Notes under the pieces: model-generated
What the model was told of the DNA's origin: nothing
Seen by the model: only the letters and a program-made list of their open reading frames with translations
The model's database searches: none
Shown: piece after piece, positions 21,405 through 31,901 of the stretch
Numbering within the stretch: position 1 is the stretch's first letter
Layout: every line of letters begins with the position of its first letter
IMG/VR virus record: IMGVR_UViG_3300036670_000256
Location: 9,638-73,637 of that record
Length of the DNA: 64,000 bases
Direction: 5' to 3' (one strand)
Source of the DNA: a virus
Made by a program: the position numbers and the translations under genes

Positions 21405-22128
21405 CTAATTCTTGTTCTGTTTTCTGATTTATACTGTCGTTTCTGCTATTCGAAATTTCATCTGATTTTGCTTGTGCCATAATTCCAAATTCTTTTCTTA
21501 AAAGCTGAGAAGTTAATTCTTCTAATTTTTCTGCAGGAAATGGATAAATATCGTTTTCCCAATCGTATCCTGGTTGATCGCTAGGATTTACTAAAACTCC
21601 AAAAAAGTCAACTGTTATTTTTTTTGTTTTAGATTCAGAATTTTGTATTTGTTGTTCGTTAAGTTCTTCTAAAATACTATCAATTAAAATAGCATTTTCA
21701 CCTTCTCCATTTAAACAAATGTCTTTTATGCCAGGATAAATACTCAAAGTGTTTTGCTCTGTTTTTGCTTGAACTAATTTTTTTCCAAAAGGATTTCTTT
21801 TACTTAAATTAAATTGTTCTGAAGTTACAATTGGTATTGAAATTCCATTTTTTTCTAAATAAAAACCATAGTCTTTTGTAAATCTTACTGTTTTTGGTAT
21901 TTGATTTTTAAATCCTATTCCAACGTTTCCTAATAGTTCTAATGGTATTTTTTGAAAAACTTCATCGTTTACAATAACTCCATCTTTATAGTATTTTCTC
22001 ATGCAATCCAAACGATAAATATTAATGTAGTTTCTCATTAATCTTTCTGTCGTTGGTTCATCGTTATTGTGTTCGGCATTTCTAACCGTATTTAATAAAC
22101 TATAAACTATTTCAATTTCTGTTTTCAT
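21397..22128 (-). CDS. Tail tubular/ring protein (P22 gp4-like)
   Basis: EIVYSLLNTVR N-terminus and GVLVNP...YPFP C-terminus; synteny. Confidence 0.6.
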   Translation of the reverse strand: MKTEIEIVYSLLNTVRNAEHNNDEPTTERLMRNYINIYRLDCMRKYYKDGVIVNDEVFQKIPLELLGNVGIGFKNQIPKTVRFTKDYGFYLEKNGISIPIVTSEQFNLSKRNPFGKKLVQAKTEQNTLSIYPGIKDICLNGEGENAILIDSILEELNEQQIQNSESKTKKITVDFFGVLVNPSDQPGYDWENDIYPFPAEKLEELTSQLLRKEFGIMAQAKSDEISNSRNDSINQKTEQELDG

Positions 22129-22799
22129 TATTTATTTCTTTTACCAAATGAATCTGCAAATTGGAAATTAGCAACTGCATCTGAATCTCCTGTACTAAAT
22201 CGTAAAGCGTTTGCTGTTTTTAAAAGAATTTTTTCAATAGACATATCTGGTAAATCCACTATTCTTTCAGTTAAATCATTTATGTCGCCAAAAGTTGGTT
22301 TTTTGATGTAAGCAATGAGTGCCTTTGAATAAACTACACTTGCGTCACCTACATTTACCTTAAACACATTTGAGTGTCTAAAAACGCTTGGATAGTCGTG
22401 GTTTGATTTTCGGAAAGGATCTCTTTCGTAAGAAAACTTTTGACCTTCTTTTTGAATGTCAACTTTTTTTGCTCTTTGCTCTAAACGATTTGTTTTGGTA
22501 TCTAAAAACAATGGAACCAGACTGACTAATCTAAGATAGTCGTCTGGCTCTATGCATGTCCATAGATACGGATAAATAGAATCTTGTACTAAGTTGAAGT
22601 TTTTTTCAACTAATAAAGGTTTTATATCATCGGAAATTTCTTGAGTAGCTTCTAAAACTATCGTGTTTTCTCTAATGAAATCTAAAGTAGTTGTAATGAA
22701 TCTGTTTAGTTTTATTGGTAAAGGAAAATAATCACTTCCCATTTTATCTAAAAGTTCATCTAAATATCTGTCGCAAAAATCTAAGTCGTATCTAGCCAT
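22128..22799 (-). CDS. Head-tail ring protein (conserved crAss structural gene)
   Basis: LDKMGSDYF, YIKKP and DLPD motifs; synteny after MCP. Confidence 0.55.
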   Translation of the reverse strand: MARYDLDFCDRYLDELLDKMGSDYFPLPIKLNRFITTTLDFIRENTIVLEATQEISDDIKPLLVEKNFNLVQDSIYPYLWTCIEPDDYLRLVSLVPLFLDTKTNRLEQRAKKVDIQKEGQKFSYERDPFRKSNHDYPSVFRHSNVFKVNVGDASVVYSKALIAYIKKPTFGDINDLTERIVDLPDMSIEKILLKTANALRFSTGDSDAVANFQFADSFGKRNK

Positions 22800-22809
22800 T
22801 GTTTTTAAT

Positions 22810-23616
22810 TTACATCATTACTTTTGTAAAATTATCTTTCACATCTTTTTGATGCTGCAGATAAAGTTCTTTGTTTTCATCATAATAATTTATGATGTGA
22901 TCAATACTAGCACCAACTGGTCTATCACCAATTTTATAAATACCACCGATATCCACAATTCTTTCCATATTGATTAATTCTCTAATATAGAATTTCATTT
23001 CAGTTTCGTTGATGTTATTAATGGCATCAGTAAACAATTTAATGTTTTTAACTTCTCTTTGAATAAACATATCAATAGACTCTTTCAAGATGATTTTATA
23101 TCTTTTTTCGTCTAAAATATTGTTTCTATAAACTATGCCAAAACTAGAGCATAACCAAATAAGTTTTTCTTTTGAAATTGACTTTTCAGTAGAAAACAAA
23201 ACGGCACGAGCTTCAATAAGTTTGATTTTAACATCGTAATTGTCCGTTTGAACTTTATCCATGTTAGTAATCATAAACTTTGATTTAGGACTTTTAATTC
23301 TTAGATCAACAAGTTTTTTATGGTCTGCATCACTCATTCCTCCAATTCTTACATCAGGATGTTGAATAAACACTTGAACATTGTGATGATCTAAAACGCT
23401 TTCGTCTGGTCTTAAACCTACACTTACTTTTGAAATTAATAAAGAATCTACGTCTCCGGCTTCTGTTTTGAATAGCATTTTACTTTCTGGTCCTTTACCA
23501 AAAGGTACAAATGCGTTGATGTTAGTTAAAGTAAATTTTTTAGCATCACGATTTACCGCGAATTTAAATCTACCAATTGTACTAACACTTAAATTTCCGA
23601 GATTTACATTTTTCAT
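22810..23616 (-). CDS. Conserved structural protein downstream of MCP (portal-vertex auxiliary-like)
   Basis: Synteny; YKIGDRPVGASIDHIINY C-terminus. Confidence 0.5.
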   Translation of the reverse strand: MKNVNLGNLSVSTIGRFKFAVNRDAKKFTLTNINAFVPFGKGPESKMLFKTEAGDVDSLLISKVSVGLRPDESVLDHHNVQVFIQHPDVRIGGMSDADHKKLVDLRIKSPKSKFMITNMDKVQTDNYDVKIKLIEARAVLFSTEKSISKEKLIWLCSSFGIVYRNNILDEKRYKIILKESIDMFIQREVKNIKLFTDAINNINETEMKFYIRELINMERIVDIGGIYKIGDRPVGASIDHIINYYDENKELYLQHQKDVKDNFTKVMM

Positions 23617-23643
23617 TTTTATATAAAATTTAATTAATATTCT

Positions 23644-23678
23644 AAAAAAAAAGCAAGCGAAATTGTTCCGCTTGCTTT
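23644..23678 (-). terminator. Intrinsic terminator after MCP
   Basis: AAAGCAAGCG-loop-CGCTTGCTTT with U-tract on the minus strand. Confidence 0.75.
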
Positions 23679-23696
23679 ATTTAATCTTTATTCAAA

Positions 23697-25403
23697 TTAT
23701 CGGATTGTTGGAAATCCTGAAAGCCCAGCATTACCAGCTAAAGCACCTCCAGCATATCTTCCATCTCCGCGAATAACAGCACAAGTATCTTCTACGTAGC
23801 ATATTGGGAACAATTCTGCTAAGTAGTGACAGAAACCTCCATCAAAACCTGAACTAGCAAACATTGATCCGTCTCTTGCTGGATCAAGTGAGTGCATACC
23901 ATCAACATATTTTTTCTTAAAGAAACGACCTTGACCTCTAGAGAATAACTCAAAGTTAGAAACTCCTTCGAATGGCGTAACGTTTAAGATATACATGTTA
24001 CCTGAACCAACTAATCCACCAGAACGATTATTTAAACCAGGGTGAGAGAACAATTCATCTTTCATGAACATGTACTCATTTCCTTTGTAGTAGTATGATT
24101 CTACTTCAAATCCTAATTTAACTTTTTCACCACCGGTAATGTTTTGAACAATGTTTGTATTATGAACTGCAGAAATAGAAGCACCGTTAGATACATTCCA
24201 TCCTAATAGTTTTTTCATTGCTGTATCCCAATTGTGATAAGCTAAATCATCACCTAAGACTACAAATTGATTTCCCGTAGAACCTGCTGGAGAATTACCC
24301 GCTAAAACGTTTCCAACTGACTCTAACAAGTGAGGACTGAAACCAGTATTTACATCGTAAGATAAATCAATAGTATCTTTAATTTGACGTACCCAACCAT
24401 CAGAAGTTCTTGGAGCAACAATACCAGCTTCTGGGTTCATGTGTGCAGATGTCAATAAATTTTTACCACTATTCTCAAACCATTGGTGAGTAGATGGATC
24501 CATTGAACTTACAGAAAAACGACAAGCCAATTCTAATGCAATTGCAAAGTTTTGATCGGCTAACCATTCTTGTTCGTACTGCCACATGTTAGATTCATTT
24601 TTATGACCTTGCATAGCGCCTGATGCTGATGCTGGATTTGCCCAAATTACTTTTCTTTGGTCTAATGCATTTCCTGTAAATGAAAGTGTGTAACGTGAAA
24701 TAAATGAATAAAAGATTTTCCAGTATGACTGGTCATATCTTTGGTAACCTCTCATAGAACCTTCTCCGTAGTAGTTACCACCTTCCATTAATACTTCATC
24801 TTCTGTTAAACCAGCTTCATCCCAATCATTAGGCTGTCCAATTACTTTGAAATCTAATATAAAATGATCTCCGGTAATTGATTCTCTAATTCTTTGGATG
24901 TAAAGCAAAGTACCTAAACCGCCATTTAAAACAACAGAATCTTGAGGATTAAATTTATCTCCATAAATTCCTTCTGCCGGGTTATGCTTAATAGCAAATG
25001 AACCAATCATGTCTGTTTGAACATTAGAAGAAGTTGCTGTACCACTGTAAGTAACTCCAGCTACTAAAGTCATGTCTGGTTTTGGGTTTGTTTCGTCAAA
25101 AAATTGACCCATAACACAAGCATTCATTGAAAAAGCAGGCTTAATGTTTAATGCTCTAAATTTTACACGATACGCGTTGTCGTGGACTTCTTTGTCCGCG
25201 CTTGGTCTCTTAATCCAACCGGCTTTTGTTCCACCATCAACACGACCTGTATGAAACAGAAACGATGTGAATTTAGTGTAACGCTCAAATCGGCTAATTA
25301 CTTTGTTGTGAACCGCAAAATCTTTATTCATTTGCGATGTTAAAGACAATTCCTCAGTGTGCATTTGAGGATTGAATGTTTCGGATGTACCTTTAAATAA
25401 CAT
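23697..25403 (-). CDS. Major capsid protein
   Basis: 568 aa; order portal-scaffold-MCP; followed by a terminator; RTSDGWVRQI and SSGFDGG segments typical of crAss-like MCPs. Confidence 0.8.
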   Translation of the reverse strand: MLFKGTSETFNPQMHTEELSLTSQMNKDFAVHNKVISRFERYTKFTSFLFHTGRVDGGTKAGWIKRPSADKEVHDNAYRVKFRALNIKPAFSMNACVMGQFFDETNPKPDMTLVAGVTYSGTATSSNVQTDMIGSFAIKHNPAEGIYGDKFNPQDSVVLNGGLGTLLYIQRIRESITGDHFILDFKVIGQPNDWDEAGLTEDEVLMEGGNYYGEGSMRGYQRYDQSYWKIFYSFISRYTLSFTGNALDQRKVIWANPASASGAMQGHKNESNMWQYEQEWLADQNFAIALELACRFSVSSMDPSTHQWFENSGKNLLTSAHMNPEAGIVAPRTSDGWVRQIKDTIDLSYDVNTGFSPHLLESVGNVLAGNSPAGSTGNQFVVLGDDLAYHNWDTAMKKLLGWNVSNGASISAVHNTNIVQNITGGEKVKLGFEVESYYYKGNEYMFMKDELFSHPGLNNRSGGLVGSGNMYILNVTPFEGVSNFELFSRGQGRFFKKKYVDGMHSLDPARDGSMFASSGFDGGFCHYLAELFPICYVEDTCAVIRGDGRYAGGALAGNAGLSGFPTIR

Positions 25404-25530
25404 TACTTTTGTGTTTGTGATTAAACTTCTTTTAATTTTGTTAATACAGAAAAAATGTTTTTAGAAGAATTCTTTTGACCTGTCAAAAGACAATTACTAA
25501 ATAAGTTTCCAAATACCCAACGACATGTCG

Positions 25531-26655
25531 TTATAAGTATTCTTTCACTAATCCAGCTGTTCTTCTATCTTTCATGTCTTCTTCTTTAACAACTGGCATG
25601 TTCCACGCAGATCTACCACTTTTTAATCCTCCTTGTCCTTTCGATGAATCAATATTCATTGCATTTTGAAGAGGTGATTTTGTTGCATTTTTGTTGTCGC
25701 CAGCTATCGCGTCAACTGCAGCTTTTACTCCTTCTCCATAAGTAGGCCCACCGAATTTCCCTATAAGTTCTTCTCGGTATTCATAATAAGTCGCGAACTC
25801 CGCAACAAGGCTTGGATCACTGTTGATAGTCTTAGAGAATTCTCCACTTCTAACTTTGTCATAAATTTTTTGAGCGCGTTCTGAATCTACCTGTAAACCC
25901 AGAATTCCGCTTTTCATAATTTCTTTTAGAGAGTCTTGAACTTTTAAACGATTGCCAGTTATTTTTTCTTTTTCAGATTTTTCTTTATCTGAAATGATTG
26001 TGTTTTTTTTGTTTTCGTTTTCAGTTACTAAATCTTTTAAATCTCTACGAACTGTATCCGCAAATAATTTTCTTAAAGTAGAGCTGTCTTCGTATTCTGT
26101 GTATTCTACTTCTAAATCAATATCAAATTCTTCACTACCAATCATGTTTCCTTTTCCGGCAGCTTGATACGTTCTAGCTAAATCACTTTTTAATTTTTCT
26201 CTAACAATAACTTCATCGTTTTGTTTTAAAAAAGTGTTTGCTTCGCTTAGAAAACTATCAATTCTTTTTAAATCTTCTTGTTGAACTTTACTTAAATCAA
26301 CTGTTTCTTTTTTTGAAACATCAAATCCTTTTTCTTTCAAACGAGCGATTAATTTTTCTTCGTCTTCGTCGTTTTCTTTTTCTTTGTTTTCAAAATTTTC
26401 TTTATCAATATCTTCATCAGAAAATCTAAATTCTTCATTTGAATTTTCTTTTTTAGCTTCGTCAATTTTTTGCTCTTGAAAGTTCTCTGTTTTTTCTACA
26501 GCCTCATTAGCGTTAAAATCATTGTTAAAACTTATGGGAATAAAATCTCCATCGTCTTCTGTTTGTAATTCAATTCCGTTTGCACCAAAGATGTCGTTTG
26601 AATTGTTGTCTTCTTGGGATATAAATGTATCTCCGGTATTTTCGTCTCCTAACAT
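25531..26655 (-). CDS. Scaffold-like acidic coiled-coil protein
   Basis: Highly acidic N-terminus, lies between portal and MCP. Confidence 0.6.
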   Translation of the reverse strand: MLGDENTGDTFISQEDNNSNDIFGANGIELQTEDDGDFIPISFNNDFNANEAVEKTENFQEQKIDEAKKENSNEEFRFSDEDIDKENFENKEKENDEDEEKLIARLKEKGFDVSKKETVDLSKVQQEDLKRIDSFLSEANTFLKQNDEVIVREKLKSDLARTYQAAGKGNMIGSEEFDIDLEVEYTEYEDSSTLRKLFADTVRRDLKDLVTENENKKNTIISDKEKSEKEKITGNRLKVQDSLKEIMKSGILGLQVDSERAQKIYDKVRSGEFSKTINSDPSLVAEFATYYEYREELIGKFGGPTYGEGVKAAVDAIAGDNKNATKSPLQNAMNIDSSKGQGGLKSGRSAWNMPVVKEEDMKDRRTAGLVKEYL

Positions 26656-26685
26656 AAATTTTGTTTTAAGTGATTAAATGTTTTA

Positions 26686-26693
26686 CAAAAATA
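26686..26693 (-). promoter_or_regulatory. TAnnTTTG promoter element (TATTTTTG)
   Basis: Upstream of the scaffold ATG. Confidence 0.5.
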
Positions 26694-26701
26694 AATTATT
26701 A

Positions 26702-28888
26702 TTATTTATTATCCGTTTTGTTCATTTCTGCGTTTTTAATTGTCATTTCTTTTTCAATATCAGCCATCTTTCTAAGATTTTGACCTCGTTCTTTTAATGC
26801 AGATTCATCTGCTTTATTGTTGGCATAAATTTTTGCAACATCAATATTATTTTGCAAACGTTCTCTGTCAAGTGCATCAACTTCTTCTTGACGTTTTACT
26901 TCTGCTTGTGCTGCTGCTTGTGCTTGTTCTTGAGCAAGTTTATTGTTTTCTTGTTTCATTTTCTCTAAAGCTTCAAGTCCTTTATCTAAAATTGATTCTG
27001 CTTCAGTAGAACTATCTGCATTGTGAATTTTAATTAAATCTCGGAAAGCTTGTTGAGAACCAACGTTTGCAAAAGCATTATCAGCCATTGTATCAACACG
27101 TTTTTTTCTTTCGTATTCTTGTCGGTTATCTCCAATATAAACTCCCATATCGTCCATAAAGAATTCAGGCATTACTTCTAAAAACTTTTGTTGATTGTCG
27201 CCGCCAAAATAAGAGAATACTTGATTTTCTTCGTAAACATGTTTTCCTTTTAAAACAATTCTTTCTTGTAATGTATCAACAAACGTATCGAAAATTCCAT
27301 ATATTTCTTCTAGTCTATCAGATGATCTACTTTCAGAAATTTCAGCTACAGTAGCTTTTTGATAGGGATTTTCTTGTGATGCTTTTACTCCAGTAATTTT
27401 AGTTGCTAAATCTTCAATTAAACCTAAAAGTTGTAGTAGTTCCGAACTTCTACCTTTTTGAGAAACGTTTACAGAAGACGCGTAAGGCGCGCTACGTTTA
27501 TCTTTAGAATTTATAATTTGCATTCTATCTCTTTTCAAAAAGAAATTTACTTTTTCTAAAGCTCTATCTGGACCAAGTGCAGCCCATTCTTTTGGTATGT
27601 TTGATAAATCGTAAACCATTACATTACCATCAACTTGTCTAGCATTCATTCTCAATTCATATAGAATTTCTGATGCAAAATCTTGTAGGTAAACTAATTT
27701 TTTAGCAATAGATCTAACCTCTCCAATACCTACGTTGTTATCGTCTATAACACCAACTACAGGTAAAAATCTTTTTTTAGGATTTCCAATTGTTTGCATT
27801 TGTTTATCTAGAGAACCCCAAGACAAAGTAACTTCTGGACCAACCATTGTAATGTGACGTACATCATCAATTTCCAAAGTTTTAATGGTATCGTTTCCTT
27901 TTGCTTTATCGTCTTCTTTTAGAATTTTATATTCTTCTTTTCCAGTAGTTTTATTTGTGATTACTTTAAATCTTCTTTTAATTCTAGAAACCCACATCAT
28001 AGAAGTAACTCTAATTCTAAATAAATTTTCGCTGTTTTTAAACCAACTAATGTCTGATGATTGTGATGGAGTAGAGGAATAACTTTGAATTATTTTTTTG
28101 TCTTTTTCAGTAATGTTATCAAACGTATTGAAAATTTCATTTATCGTAGAATATTTATCGTAGGTAAAATACTGTAAATCTTTTTGAACTTGTTCATGTG
28201 GATTTTGGTCATAATCACAATCTAAAGTATGAGGAACAAAAAAAGAAGGATGTCCATCTTTTTCATCTAAGTAAGTGTGAACTCTACCAGCAATACAGAA
28301 AAACCGAAGCATTTCATATATTTTTTCTTTTTCTTTTTTAACTAAAAGAACCTGGTACAAAATATCTTCTGCAATTTCTTCCGATACTGTTCTGAAATCT
28401 TTACCAAAAAATTCGTCAATGTTTTCTTTAACTTCTATTTCAGGATTTGGAGATTCTGGAACCATACCTAATTCCGGTTGCATTTCTTTATTTGTATCTC
28501 TAAGTAATTTTTCTAAAACCATATCGATTTTAGCATCTAGTTTTTTGATTACTGCCTTTTCATTATTTACAAGGCATTTTCTTTTTAAAGGTCTTCTTCT
28601 GTATTGAGATACAATTTCTTCTATTTGATTTTCAATTAAAGGATAAACGTAATATTGCGGACCAAAGTTTTGGCCGCAACGTTCAGTAATCATAGCTTTT
28701 ACTTTTTTCTCTCCTTCTGGAGTAAGCTTTGCAGAATAAGCATAAAACAAATCGTTTATTTCTTTTTTTCTGCTTATAAAATCTGAGGAACTAGCGTAAG
28801 ATAAATAACCTAAAATATGACTTTTATGCCATTCAATATCTTTTTGTTTTTCACTTATTCTCTGGTCTGGAAAGTTATAAATACTCAT
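26702..28888 (-). CDS. Portal protein
   Basis: FPDQRISEKQKDIEW N-terminus, 728 aa, coiled-coil C-terminus, adjacent to terminase. Confidence 0.85.
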   Translation of the reverse strand: MSIYNFPDQRISEKQKDIEWHKSHILGYLSYASSSDFISRKKEINDLFYAYSAKLTPEGEKKVKAMITERCGQNFGPQYYVYPLIENQIEEIVSQYRRRPLKRKCLVNNEKAVIKKLDAKIDMVLEKLLRDTNKEMQPELGMVPESPNPEIEVKENIDEFFGKDFRTVSEEIAEDILYQVLLVKKEKEKIYEMLRFFCIAGRVHTYLDEKDGHPSFFVPHTLDCDYDQNPHEQVQKDLQYFTYDKYSTINEIFNTFDNITEKDKKIIQSYSSTPSQSSDISWFKNSENLFRIRVTSMMWVSRIKRRFKVITNKTTGKEEYKILKEDDKAKGNDTIKTLEIDDVRHITMVGPEVTLSWGSLDKQMQTIGNPKKRFLPVVGVIDDNNVGIGEVRSIAKKLVYLQDFASEILYELRMNARQVDGNVMVYDLSNIPKEWAALGPDRALEKVNFFLKRDRMQIINSKDKRSAPYASSVNVSQKGRSSELLQLLGLIEDLATKITGVKASQENPYQKATVAEISESRSSDRLEEIYGIFDTFVDTLQERIVLKGKHVYEENQVFSYFGGDNQQKFLEVMPEFFMDDMGVYIGDNRQEYERKKRVDTMADNAFANVGSQQAFRDLIKIHNADSSTEAESILDKGLEALEKMKQENNKLAQEQAQAAAQAEVKRQEEVDALDRERLQNNIDVAKIYANNKADESALKERGQNLRKMADIEKEMTIKNAEMNKTDNK

Positions 28889-29175
28889 AAGATAGTTATG
28901 TTATGTTGTTTTTTAAATTCGTTCCAAGTCATTTCTTGCATGAAGTTTGGAAATATTTTTTCGTGATTACAAGATGTAGGTTCTGCTAAAACATCATTTG
29001 GATTACATTTGCAAAAATTACATTTTTTTTGAGCAATACAGCTTTTACAAATATACGCTCTAAATCTAATTTGTTCTATTTGTGTTTTTTTAAAAGGTCT
29101 GTTAGGATAGTCGTTTTTTACTTTTTCAAAAAAATCAACAAACTCTTTGTCTTCTAAGTTTAATATTAAATTCAT
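28885..29175 (-). CDS. Small Cys-rich (Zn-binding) protein between terminase and portal
   Basis: CxxC...CxxCxC...C. Confidence 0.6.
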   Translation of the reverse strand: MNLILNLEDKEFVDFFEKVKNDYPNRPFKKTQIEQIRFRAYICKSCIAQKKCNFCKCNPNDVLAEPTSCNHEKIFPNFMQEMTWNEFKKQHNITIL

Positions 29176-31412
29176 CGGTCTTGCATTCTTTTTTTCTCTT
29201 GCAGAAATATGTTATAAATAGTTGGATCAACTCCTAAAAATTTTACTTCTTTTTCAAATTCGCTTTGTCTTTTTAGAATATCAGTTTTTTTATTTACTTT
29301 GACATCAATATATTCCTTGTACTCTTGAGGGTTTAAATCTCTTTCTGGATGAAATACTTGTATTGGAGAATAATCATCATCGTAAACGTTATTCCTTAAT
29401 TTACCATCTGTATCGACGTAATAACTTCCTAAAGTTTTATCGTAATTATACATGCTTATTTCAGAAGAACCAACTTCAATATCTTCTGTTATTTCGTCAA
29501 AAATATCCATTCTGTGTAATAAGCAAATACCTAAAGTCATAGCTATATCCGTATTGCCATCGCCAAATTTAATTAGATCTAGAATTACATTTTCAAAATT
29601 ACATTTGAAAATGTTTTCTTTTACTTCTGATTTCAACATTTTAACTAGAACAGGTTTTACTTGTCCAGTCATTTTTACACCATCTTTGTTTTTGTGATTA
29701 GTAGTTCCGGCTTCTTCAATATCTGGTCTACCTTTAATATATTTATAAGCTTTAACATCGTAGAAGTATCTTAAAATATGAAATTTTGTATACTCAAATA
29801 ATATTTCTAAATCCCAATAAACAGCAAATTTTACAGCATTTTCATAAAATACATCATCATCAAAAGAACCATCGCCGCGCTCGTGTAATACTCCTACCGG
29901 TTTATTAAATTCTCTAGTTGGTCCTGAAAAACAACGATACGCCATTACGCAACCAGAAGATACTTGGTTTGTGTTTTTCTTGTCGTCGTCAACTTCTTCA
30001 TCGTAACTATCACAACCGCCAATATCGGGTTTGTAAGATAAGTGTAGAACCGATTGATTAATTGGTGATGCATCTTTCCAAACAGTTCCGTTTTCTTTGT
30101 CTTCTACAAATTTTACTTTTACGTTATGTGCAATTCTAATTTTAGTTTTTTCTTTTGTGTTTTTACATCGTTGAAGTAATCGAATAACTTCTTCCGTATC
30201 TACCCATTCTAATCTTCCTTGCAATACTGGTTCGTCAAATTGACCTAAACTAATTTCTTTTAATTGAAAGTTAAGTTTTGCTAAGTCTAAAATTCCACCT
30301 TTAGTTTTTAAGAAAACCTCAGCCGGTATCATTGGATAAGATTGAATATGTTTGATGTAAGTATCTTTAGCTTTAGAGGCTCTTTTTCTTTCTTCTAAAA
30401 TATATTTTTTGGCAACTTCGCGATCTGTAACTCCCGTTTCATGGTTAAAAAATGAAATTACTTTTCCTGTTTTTTCGTCAGGAATTCCATCACCAGGATA
30501 ATAATAATTTGCAGGAATAAATACTGGTTTCAAATTATAAGCTTCATGGTTATCCCACATTTCTTTGAAACCTTTTGCACCTTTGTCGATTTCTCCACCG
30601 GTTCCGTATACCATTGGAACACCAAACTGATTATGTCCATCGCGAAAACATGGTTCTGTTGCTTTGTAAGATGCTGTTGAATTTTCAAACAATCCCATTT
30701 CCTCAAAATACATTTTGGAATAAGAACCTCCTTCAAAAGCGGAACTATCAGCAAACATGGTTTTGATTCTCAATAAAGATTGAATACCACATTCTTTAGT
30801 TTGCTTGTTAATTAAATTTTTATAGCCTTGTTTTAATTCCTTATCGTTTTTTAAAATATTACCATTGTAATAAGCTGGATGCACATTTTCAAGTGAGAAT
30901 TTTAATTTATCATAAAACTCCTGAGCTTTATCTTCTTTACCAGCACATAATCCAATTAAATTATGTTGAAAAAATGTCATTTCATAATTTGCATCCAGTA
31001 CATTTATTTCTGACAAACCTACACGTCGAGGTTTTGTAATAATCATTCCGTAGCCATGATTTTCAGCGCCTTCCATTTCTAAAAACAACCAATGATCTAA
31101 ATCTCTATAAAATGGATTTATTGGCCTTTTTCTTTTTCCGCCTTTTGGCATACCAAGTATTTTGCAGAAGTTTAAATAATAAAAGTGCTTTCCTGTTATT
31201 CTAGGCATTCCTTTTGGTTGATATCCTTTGTAGCAATAGTAATCCATTTCATGCCAAAAATCATCGTAAGCTAAAGTACCTGGATTAAGTTCCGTAGATA
31301 ATTTTTTAATTCTTTCGTTGAATAATATTGGTTGATACAATTTAGGATTCCAGCCTGATTTTTTGCTTAGTCTAAAAATGTCTGGAATTTCTATGTTAGG
31401 GAATTGAGCCAT
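29172..31412 (-). CDS. terL: Terminase large subunit
   Basis: ITGKHFYYLNF, Walker A-like KPRRVGLS, Walker B YFEEMG, YGTGG, nuclease GGCDSYD. Confidence 0.92.
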   Translation of the reverse strand: MAQFPNIEIPDIFRLSKKSGWNPKLYQPILFNERIKKLSTELNPGTLAYDDFWHEMDYYCYKGYQPKGMPRITGKHFYYLNFCKILGMPKGGKRKRPINPFYRDLDHWLFLEMEGAENHGYGMIITKPRRVGLSEINVLDANYEMTFFQHNLIGLCAGKEDKAQEFYDKLKFSLENVHPAYYNGNILKNDKELKQGYKNLINKQTKECGIQSLLRIKTMFADSSAFEGGSYSKMYFEEMGLFENSTASYKATEPCFRDGHNQFGVPMVYGTGGEIDKGAKGFKEMWDNHEAYNLKPVFIPANYYYPGDGIPDEKTGKVISFFNHETGVTDREVAKKYILEERKRASKAKDTYIKHIQSYPMIPAEVFLKTKGGILDLAKLNFQLKEISLGQFDEPVLQGRLEWVDTEEVIRLLQRCKNTKEKTKIRIAHNVKVKFVEDKENGTVWKDASPINQSVLHLSYKPDIGGCDSYDEEVDDDKKNTNQVSSGCVMAYRCFSGPTREFNKPVGVLHERGDGSFDDDVFYENAVKFAVYWDLEILFEYTKFHILRYFYDVKAYKYIKGRPDIEEAGTTNHKNKDGVKMTGQVKPVLVKMLKSEVKENIFKCNFENVILDLIKFGDGNTDIAMTLGICLLHRMDIFDEITEDIEVGSSEISMYNYDKTLGSYYVDTDGKLRNNVYDDDYSPIQVFHPERDLNPQEYKEYIDVKVNKKTDILKRQSEFEKEVKFLGVDPTIYNIFLQEKKRMQDR

Positions 31413-31423
31413 ATATAAATTTA

Positions 31424-31457
31424 AAAAGAGTATTTACAAATTTATAAATACTCTTTT
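31424..31457. promoter_or_regulatory. Palindrome containing a TAAATTTG promoter element upstream of terL
   Basis: AAAAGAGTATTTA-CAAATTTA-TAAATACTCTTTT. Confidence 0.5.
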
Positions 31458-31480
31458 GATTTTTGTTTTACAAGAAAAAA

Positions 31481-31885
31481 TTATTTTTCTGCAGTAATTT
31501 CAGCAAATGCTTTTGCGAAACTGTTAACCTTGTTTTTCAAAGAATTGATTTTTTGGTCTGTCAATCTTCTCTTTACCATTTCGCTACTTAATTGTTTTTT
31601 TAAAAAAGAATTTCCTTCTTTACTTTTAAGAATGAAATCCACTTCTTTTGAAGTCAAATCTTTGGCTTCTCCCAATGGAGTAGTTTCTTTTAAAGATTGA
31701 ATTTCTTTGTCTTTTGATAAAGTAATGTCTTTTAAAGATTGAATTTCTTCGTCTTTTTTGTTGCAAAATTCCAACATAGTAACGATTTGTTCTTTAGTAA
31801 GATTTGTACCATCTTCTGCTCTTTCAATAAAATCTGTTTGCGCCAATTTATCTAATAATTCGGCTTTTGGAAGTTCAATCATCAT
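31481..31885 (-). CDS. Coiled-coil hypothetical protein
   Basis: Internal repeat KD(E/K)EIQSLK present twice. Confidence 0.6.
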   Translation of the reverse strand: MMIELPKAELLDKLAQTDFIERAEDGTNLTKEQIVTMLEFCNKKDEEIQSLKDITLSKDKEIQSLKETTPLGEAKDLTSKEVDFILKSKEGNSFLKKQLSSEMVKRRLTDQKINSLKNKVNSFAKAFAEITAEK

Positions 31886-31901
31886 AATGTAATTATTTTA
31901 G

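Noticed and set aside
1313-30766. Many short + strand ORFs opposite the structural genes
   Set aside because: Antisense shadows of long minus-strand genes, with F/L/S-biased composition.
31690-31760. Direct repeat within 31481..31885
   Set aside because: A short intragenic coiled-coil duplication with no sign of a mobile or regulatory role.
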